Source of the DNA: Bifidobacteriaceae bacterium
GTDB lineage: Bacteria > Actinomycetota > Actinomycetes > Actinomycetales > WQXJ01
NCBI GenBank assembly: GCA_031270825.1
Contig: JAISXH010000032.1
Location: 3,771 to 67,770, forward strand
Length of the DNA stretch: 64,000 nucleotides
Direction of reading: 5' to 3'
Notes under the pieces: model-generated
What the model was told of the DNA's origin: nothing
Databases searched by the model: none
Seen by the model: the letters and a program-made list of their open reading frames with translations, nothing else
Program-made: the position numbers and the translations under genes
In this document: piece by piece, positions 12,301 through 21,300 of the stretch
How positions within the stretch are numbered: the first letter of the stretch is position 1
Layout: each line of letters begins with the position of its first letter

Positions 12301-15300
12301 CGACGGCCGGGCCGGCCTCGAACTCGATCTCCTGGTCCTCGGGGCGCGCGTTGCCGCCCCCGACGCCGGCGTTGACCGTGTAAGCCTTGGCCGTGGTCGA
12401 GGTGAACGTCACCACAACCTGTCCATTCGAGTTGGTGGTGTACGGACCGGCCGGCGTGACCGTCACTCCGGCGGAGTCGAATTCGAACGTGACCGGCTTG
12501 CCGGCCAGCGCGATGTTGTTGATGTCACGAACCGTGACGACGCCCTGGTAGTAGTCGACACCGTTCGCGTCAGGCGTGCCCGAAGCCGGGTTCTGAGTGA
12601 TCACGAAGGATGAATTCGCCGGCGATGGGCCGCCGGCGACGAAGTTGAAGACATGCGTGGCGACCGGCGTGCCGGTGGTGCTACCCAGCCAAATCTTCAA
12701 AGTGACGTCCTCATCGGCAATGCCGGCCTTCTTGATCCGGACACCGACCACGCCCACGTCGCTGGTCGTCAGGGTTTGCGTGCCCTGCCCCAGGTTCTGG
12801 TTGTTCTGGTCAACGAAGTGTCCCAGCGCCGTCTCAAGGGTGAAGAACACATTCGCGCCGCTGACCAAGTTGTCATGCGAATCCCGCAAGGTCACCTGGG
12901 CCGTGTGCACGCCGATGTCGTCCGGCAAGGCGTCGCCTTGTGAGTAGACAACCGAGCTCTTGGTCCAATCAGGCTCGCCGGCCACGAACTCAACCGGGAC
13001 CTCCTTGACGGTGCCTCCAGGAGCGGTCGCGATGGCCGTGGAGCCGAATTTCGCCTGCACCCGGTAGATCCCCGCGACCGTCGTCTTGATCTGGTACGTG
13101 GCGATACCCAAGGACGTGCCCGTGCCTGAGCGCTCGCCCTGCGCCACCAGGACGTCATTGCTGCTGCCGCTGGGGCTGGCGTAGATGTCCACCGGATAGT
13201 TGCCGATCAGATGGTTGTCAGAATCGCGCACCACCACGGTGACGGTGTAGGAGTCGACGCCATCGGCGATCGCCTTGGTCGGCGAAGTGTTGCCGGGTGT
13301 GCGTGTGACGCTGAATTCGGACTTCTCCGGGTCAGGCGCCTGGTTCTGGAAGTTCGCCTTCGGGCGGGAAGCGTCCGGTCCGGGCGACTCGAAGGTCTTG
13401 AAAGTGCCTTTGACCGGGTAGGCGCCCTCGTAGTAGCTGACGATTTGGACCGTGCACTTGCCGTCCAATCCGGTCGGGTCGCTCACGGTGATCGTCTTGG
13501 GGGTGGCCTGGGGGGCGCCGACGAAGACAGGGCCGTTGCCGGTGTAGATCAGGTCGAACTTGCAGCCGTCGGTGTTGCCCTGGATCGCGTTTCCATGGGC
13601 GTCTTGGACAATCATGTACGCTTCGGCCGCTGCCACGCCGTCAGCCCGGTGGTTGTCCTGATCGACCGTCAACGAGTCCGCGGTGGCTTGTGGATCGACG
13701 ACGTCGGGGACATAGACAAGGCGCACCTGGTCGCGGTTAGAGCCATCTTGGTTAAGCAACACGGTGGTCTCGTCGGCCGACTTGACGGTGGCGATTGCGC
13801 CGCCGTTCTTCACGCCAGCGGTCACCGCATGGTATGGCGGGGTGTTGTCCCCGGTCGCGTCGGTTGACGTGACGGCGATCTGAGCCCAACCGGCGGAGAC
13901 GTTCACCTCGATGTCCGCCGGGCCGGCTTGGCCGCTGACCGAAACCCCGGACGGAATATGGAAGATGATGGCGCCGGCGCCCGCGTCGTTGCCCGAGCCA
14001 TCCTTCGCGTGCACCCTCACCAGTTGGGTTGCGGTGCCGTTCGCGGTCGCGGATCCGTCAGGTTGGACCAGCCACGAATTCGCGGCGATGACCGGGCCAG
14101 CGCCGAACACCAGGTGGGCGATGCCGTCGTTCCTCAGAATCGGCAGGGCTTCGGTTTCTGACCGCACAGCCAGAACCGAATCGTTGCCCGACTTGGCAGT
14201 GATGCCGTAGAACGAGCCCGGGGCGTTGGCCGTCTCAGAACTGACCTCAATTGTCGCATAGCCGCCCACGGTGGTGGCGGGCACGTCGATCGGCCCGGTG
14301 TAGGTCTGACCACCGCTGACAGCCCGGGTCAACGCCGGGATGTGGAAGGTGACGGCCACGCCGTCCGCGACATCGTTACCCAGGCCGTCCTTGGCCCGGA
14401 CCTTGACCGTCAACGTGTCGGCGCCGTTGGCCTCAGCCGAACCGGAAGGCTCGATCAGCCACGACGAACCGGGAACCCAAGGACCCGGGTCGAAGACCAG
14501 GCGGACTACGCCGTCGGTGCGGATGGGACTGGCGGCCGCAGTGTCGACATCCTTGACGGCGGTGATCGACTCACCACCAACCTTGGCGGTCACCGCATGG
14601 TAGGCCGGGGTGTTGTCCCCGGTCGCGTCCGTCGACGAGACGGCCAAGGTGGCCAAACCGTTGGTCGTGTTAGCGACAATGCTGGTACTGGGGCCGGCGG
14701 TGCCGTTGCCGGTGGTGTTAGCCGGAATCGTGAAGGTCACCGGGGTCCCGTCGGCCACATTATTGCCACTGCAGTCGCGCACATGGGCGACCACGTTCTG
14801 GGTGGTGGCGCCGACCTCCACCGAACCAGCCGGCTGCAGCAACCAAGCCTCATCGGGGGCGCAGGGTGGGCCCGAGGTGTAGACCAGACGGACGTCGCCG
14901 GTGGTGCGGATTGCCGGGGCGGCCGAAGTGTCGACATCCTTGACGGCGGCGATCGAGGCGGAGCTGCTCACGATCACAGCGGTGATCGAATGGTATGGCG
15001 GGGTGTTGTCCCAGGTAGCATCGGTCGAGGTCAGGTCGAGGTCGGCATAACCGCCCGCCGTCGCCTGGACCACAGTGGCCGGGCCGCTGGTTGAACCGGC
15101 CGAGACTCCCAACGGGATGGAGAACCGCACCTGGGTGCCGTCGGCCACGTTGTTCTCATAGGCGTCCTGCAGATGCGCCCGCACCTTCAGGGTTTCGACG
15201 CCGTTGGCCAAAGCCGTCCCCGCCGGCTGGACCAGCCACGACTTCTCCGGCTTGGGATCATCCGGGTCGAAGACCAGGCGGACATCGCCGCTGTTGCGGA

Positions 15301-18300
15301 TAGGCGTGGTGGCCTCGGCCGCATTGCGGACCGCAGTCACCGGCACGCCCGAAATCTCGGCCGTCACCACATGGTATGGGTCGGTGTTGTCGACAGTGGC
15401 GTCCGTCGACGTCACCGTGACCGAGGCATAGCCGCCCGTGGTGGTCGTCGCCACATCACGCGGACCCTCCTGGCTGCCCTCCCAGACACCGGCCGGGATC
15501 GTGAAGACCACCGGAGTTCCATCGGCGGCATCGTTCCCGTTCGAGTCCTTGGCGTGAACCCGGACAACGTACAAATCAGACTTGTTCGCTTTCTGCCCGG
15601 TTCCGTCCGGCTGGATCAACCAGCCGTCGGCGCCCACCAGCGGCGAGAAAGTCAACTCGACCTTGCCGTCCTGCGGCCCATCGGCCGCGGTCTCGGCCGC
15701 ATTCTTGACCGCCGAGATGGCGTCGCCGCCAGCGGTCTCCGCGGTGATCACATAGCTGTCAGCCGTGGTCGTCTTGTACGCCACCGTGGCATAGCCTGCG
15801 GCGATATCGGCCACGATGGTGCTGCCAGAGGCCCCGCCCGAGACAGTCGTAGACCCCGACTGAGCGGTCATACGTGCCGGCACCACGAAGGTGACAGTGC
15901 CGGTGTTGAGGTCGTTATCGAGCGCGTCTTTAGCACGCGCCTTGACCGTCAAGGTCGCCTGGTTGTCGGCCAAAGCCGTGGCCGGGCTCGGCTGGACCAG
16001 CCACGACTGGTTCGGACCGATGGGCCCTGGCTCGAAGACCAGGCGGACTATGCCGTCGGCGCGGATGGGGGTGGCGGCCGCAGTGTCGACATCCTTGACG
16101 GCGGCGATTGGAACACCGCCCACCCTCGCGGACACCGCATGGTACGCCGGGGTGTTATCCCAGGTCGCGTCAGTCGACGAGACGGCCAAGGTGGCCTTAC
16201 CCCCGGTGGTGGTCGCGACAATGCTGGTGCTGGGTCCAGCAGTGCCGTTGCCGGTGGTGTTGGCCGGAATGGCGAAGGTCACCTCGGTCCCATTCGCCAC
16301 ATCGTTGCCCCTGCAGTCCCGCACATGGGCGACCACGTTCTGGGTGTCGGTGCCTACCTCCACCGAACCAGCCGGCTGCAACAACCAGCTCTCGGTTGGG
16401 CACGGCGTGCCCGAGGTGTAGACCAGTTGGGCGTCGTTATTCGGACGGGTCAACTGGGTGGTCTCGTCGGCGGCGCGGATGTCGGTGATCTGGGCGCCCC
16501 CGTTCACGATAACAGCGGTGATCGAATGGTACGGCGGTGTGTTGTCCCAGGTCGCATCGGTCGAGGTCAGGTAAATGTCGGCATAGCCGCCCGCCGTCCC
16601 CACAACCACAGTGGCCGCCCCGCTGGTTGAACCCGCAGAGACTCCGGTCGGGATGGAGAACCGCACCTCGGTGCCGTCCGCCACGTTGTTTCCAAAGCCG
16701 TCGCGCAGATGCGCTCGCACCTGCAGGGTCGTGGTGCCGTTGGCCTCAGCCGTCCCCGCCGGTTCGACCAGCCACGACTGGCCCGGCACGGGATCGTCCG
16801 GGGCGAAGACCAGGCGGACTATGCCGTCGGTGCGGATGGGGGTGGCGGCCGCAGTGTCGGCATCCTTGACGTTGGCGATGGAGGCGCCGCCAACCGTGGC
16901 CGTCACCGCGTGGTATGCCGGGGTGTTGTCCCAGGTCGCGTCCGTCGACGAGACAGCCAAGGTGGCCAAACCATTGGTCGTGGTCGCGACGATGCTGGAG
17001 CTGGGGCCGGCGGTGCCGTTGCCGGTGGTGTTGGCCGGAATCGTGAAGGTCACCGGGGTCCCATCCGCGACGTCATTGCCATAGAAGTCCCGCACATGGG
17101 CGACCACGTTCTGGGTGGGGGTGCCGACCACCACCGAACCAGCCGGCTGCAACAGCCAACTCTGGGGTGCGCGCGGCGTGTCCGGCTCGAATTTGGCCCA
17201 CTCGTTGCCGTTGGGCGTCAGCAGGGCGATCGGCTGGCTGTTCACAATCGCCGAGAGCTCCCAGCCAAGCGCGTTGTCTTCGTTGACCTTGGTGCCGGTG
17301 AAGGTGGCGGTGTACTCGCCGGGCGTGGTGCTGGAGTGAGTGAACGTGCCGACGTTGACACCGCTGGTCGCCTGCCCAACCACGCTGTCGGCTGAGATGT
17401 CGCCGGCCAAGGTGGTGATTGGGAGGCCATTCGCGTCCCGCAGGTGAACGGTGACGGTGCCTGTGTCGGTGCCATTAGCGACCACTGTGGCGGTTGAGAC
17501 GGTGAAATCGGACGAAGCCACCTGCGACTCTTTCCAGGTCAGAGTCTTAGGCGAGTTGGGCGCGGCCTGCCAGGTGCCTTCGATCTGGATTTCGGCGCTG
17601 AGCACACAAGTGGTCGCGATGTTCGAGCGGACCTCGACCGAGATCTTGCCCGTTGACGACGTCTGGCCGGAACTCGCGCCCACGAACGTCGCGGCGCATG
17701 TCCCTGACTGCGGGTTCGAGAGAACGAACCGCACGTTCGCGTTTTCGATCGGGTTGTTGCGGCCCAAGTCCCAGACCCGAACCCCGGGGTGGAACGAACC
17801 GCCGAGAACGCGGTCGATCGGCGCGCCGTTGGGGTAATACAAGGTGCTGTCATCGTTGAACTTCTTGTCCCAGTCATCCTGGGGGTTGGTTTCGCCCGGG
17901 TTGGTCACTGTGTCGCCCAGGACGAAGACCGTCGAGGGAAGGTGAATCGGACCGGCGATGTACGTCGCCGTGACGTAGCGGTTCTCGTTCGGCGGTGCGG
18001 GCGAGTTCGCATCCCGGAGGTTATGGCTCGCCGCCGGGTCCTCACCTTCATAGTGGACCACGATCCGCTTGGCGCCAGCTGCCGAGGCGTAGACGTCGAG
18101 CTTGTAGACGCCACTCGGGCACTTGCTATCGCTGTCGAGGGGCACCGAGCATGAGAACTCGCCGCCGTTGGCGAAGTGGACCCCGGGATACAGGGCCGAA
18201 TCCGCGCTGGCCGTCAGGCGCGCGATTCCGCTGGTGTAAGGATTACCGGCCGAATCCGCCAGCGTGGCGGTGATCGTCTGCTTGCCCCAATCCGCCGCGC

Positions 18301-21300
18301 TCAGGCCGGGCGCGCCATGGTTAGCCACCTGATTGGCGGTGGTGGTGATCACCATGGATGGGTCCGTCGCATCCCTGGTCTTGAAGACGACCTCTTGCGG
18401 CGCGTCCAGATCCACCACATTTCCCGCCAGGGTATAACGCACGGTGAGGTTCTGATAAGTCGTTGCCGCCGAAGAATAGATCTTGACGTTGTACTTGCCC
18501 TCGTTGCCGGGGGTGGTGTCCTCGGTGATCTCAACCAAGCCAGCCGGAGGCGCCGTCTCATTCCAGTTCAGGCGGACAAGGGCCCCGGTGATCGGGTTCT
18601 CATTGGCGTCCAACAAGGTGACGACGCCAGTGTGATAGTCCTCTGGGTTGCCGGTCTTGCTGGTGGCGGCGAACTTCTGCCCAGTGGAGGTGATCGCGAA
18701 CGACGACTCGGGGCCCGGTTCGTTGTCTGCGGTGAACGTGATCTCCACCGGATAGGTACTCGTGGGCTGGAGGTTGCTGAGGTTCTTGACATAGACTCCA
18801 CCGCTCTGGGCTTTGAGCAGATAGGTCCCGCTCTTGGTGGCGCCGACCCTGACTTGGCTGGAGCAGTTGTAGTTAGTGCCAATCACGCAGATGTAAGACT
18901 GCGCCGTGGTTTCGATCCAATCGGTGCCGTTGTAGTAGATAAAGAACGCTCCGGTGGCAGTGGCCAGGGTTCCCCCGTCGGGCTCCAGCGTCAGCGTCAC
19001 CTCGGTGCCCACCGCCGGGGCGCCAACCAGATCACCGACAGCGTTACGGACCTGCGACTCGGCCCTGACAACGACGTCTGAGGTGGCCTTCACCGTCAGG
19101 GGGCCATTATTGGCCGTGATGGTCGAAGTGGCCTCATCCCAGGCCGGGATGTAGGTGAGTTCGCAAATAATCTCCTCTGGCAACTGCCCGCCACCGGCCG
19201 GGGCCGGCAGGGTCAGGTTGTTGCCGGTGATCGCTGGTGTCAGGTTCTGCTGAGTCTTGGTGTCATAGCAGCGGGTGTCCGCGGCGCCGGTGGCAAGCTT
19301 CCAATTGCCTGCGTTGGTGGCGGTCTGAGCGCCAACACCGGTGGTGGAGATGGTGATGCCTTGGGTGCGGTTGCTAACGGCATGCCCGGTGGTGGAGGGC
19401 ACAAAGGCATTCGCGCTGTTGGTCAGGATCGAATCAGTGGTCTGGGACAGCGGCGGAGAATTGGCGATGTTGGTGAACGACAGGTTCACATTGGCGGCCA
19501 CGCTTCCGAGAGTCCGCGCCTGGATCCTGAGCACAGATCCCGCCACCCCAAGTTCGTAGTCCTCGATTTCGCCCGCGGGCACCCAGGAGGAGGCCGACGG
19601 ATCGGCGGGATCCCGCGAAGTCGCGGTCACGCCCGGATCGTTGGAAATGCGCGCGCGGACCTGAACCGCGGCGATCCCGCCGCTGGGCAGAGTTCCAGTG
19701 GGGGTGTAATCGCAGTACACGTAGCCGTTGACATCAGGCGTGGATGTTTGGCAGGCGACTGCGGTATCGAAGCTGGTGGCCGCTTGCCCCGAGGCCGTCA
19801 GAGACGTCAGCCAGATCTTGACGTGGGACGCCGACACGGCCGCCGCGTCGCCAGCTGCCTTCGCCCTGAACCGATAGGCCTGGTCCTTCACCATGGTGAA
19901 GCCCTGCGCCGGGGCCCAGGTACCGGATGCCGGCTGGCCCTGGCTGTCCAGGGGCACAACGTAGAGGCCGTCATCGGTGTTGTGGGCGGCCGCATGCGGA
20001 TCGTTTACGCCGTCCGGCCAAAGCTGCGCGTTCTCACCCAGACGCAGGTACTGCAGGCCGGCTCGCAGCGGGTTGGCGTAGGGGCCGCTCTGGGCATTGG
20101 TGGTGTGCAACAAAGGCGAGTCGCCCCAAGAGGCCGCCTTGGTGAGGCCGAAGTCGGCCTGCACCACGGCCAGGTCCGTGGTCATGGTCACCTTGGAAAC
20201 AATCGCGGCGCCCCCCGTGGCCGCGAACGGGTCGCCGGTCGCGCCTTGGGCCGTGTTCAGGGCGTCGATGCCGTCGTTGCGGGCGCCGGGGCAGACGTTG
20301 TTTTCGGCTGTGGAGGCGGTGTAGTCGCCCCCGTTGGTAGTGGTGCAGTATGCGGTCAGCGTGTTGTGCGTCCCGCTGGTGCCCGATTCATAGAAGGAGC
20401 CCGCGCTGGCGTAGGTCTGTTGGGCGTTGACCCCGTCGATCTGGGGGCGCTTCACGCGCACCGCGAACTCGGAGCTGGCCGAGTTGAGCAAGGCCGAATA
20501 GGTTCCGTTGGTGGCGGTGACGACTTCGCCGCGCTTGGTCCACTGGTTGGCGCCGGTGTTCTGGAAGATCTCCACGGTGACGTTGGGCACGCCGCCCTCG
20601 CCGGTCCCGATGGTGCCGTCGCCGTTGACGTCGTTGTAGACCGTGCCACTGATGACTGGAGCCATCTGCGCGCCCGCCAGGTCAAGGGCGGCGCCATTGG
20701 CGTTGCCGAGCGAGGTTTGCACCCCGGAGAGCGTGTCCCATCGACGGATCTGGCTGCCGACGCCGGCGGTGTACAGGTTGCCGTCGATAAAGGCCATGCC
20801 GTAGATGTTCTCGTCGCCGGAACTGGCCTGAGTGAACGCTTTCACCAGGGTGTAGGTCCATGGGACGCCCGCCTTGGGGGTGCCGTCCGCGTTTTGGTCC
20901 ACGTTGATCCGTACCAGTGCGTGCCTGGAGTCGTTGGCGGGCTGGCCACCGCTGGTCGAACCGGTCTTGCGCAGGAAGGTGTAGAAGTTGCCTTCGGCGT
21001 CGATCGCCATATCAGACGATGCGTTCCAGTTGCCGCTGGCGGGTTGTCCGGTCATTGCCGTCCACTGCGCGTTGAGTGTGCCTCCTGCGTCGGTGACGCT
21101 ATTCGCCGCTGCCAGGCAGTCAATGGTCCCGGGGCCTTTGTTGAGGCGGTAGATCGCCAGGGCCAAACTGATGGCGGAATTATCGCCGTTCCAGGTCGGA
21201 GCCGCGCCGGTGCCGATCTGATAAAGGTAGCCGTTCTTTTGGTTGATCTCGCCGCTCCACCGATTGGAGAAGTCGCACCAGCTCGCGGTCACTCCGCTCA

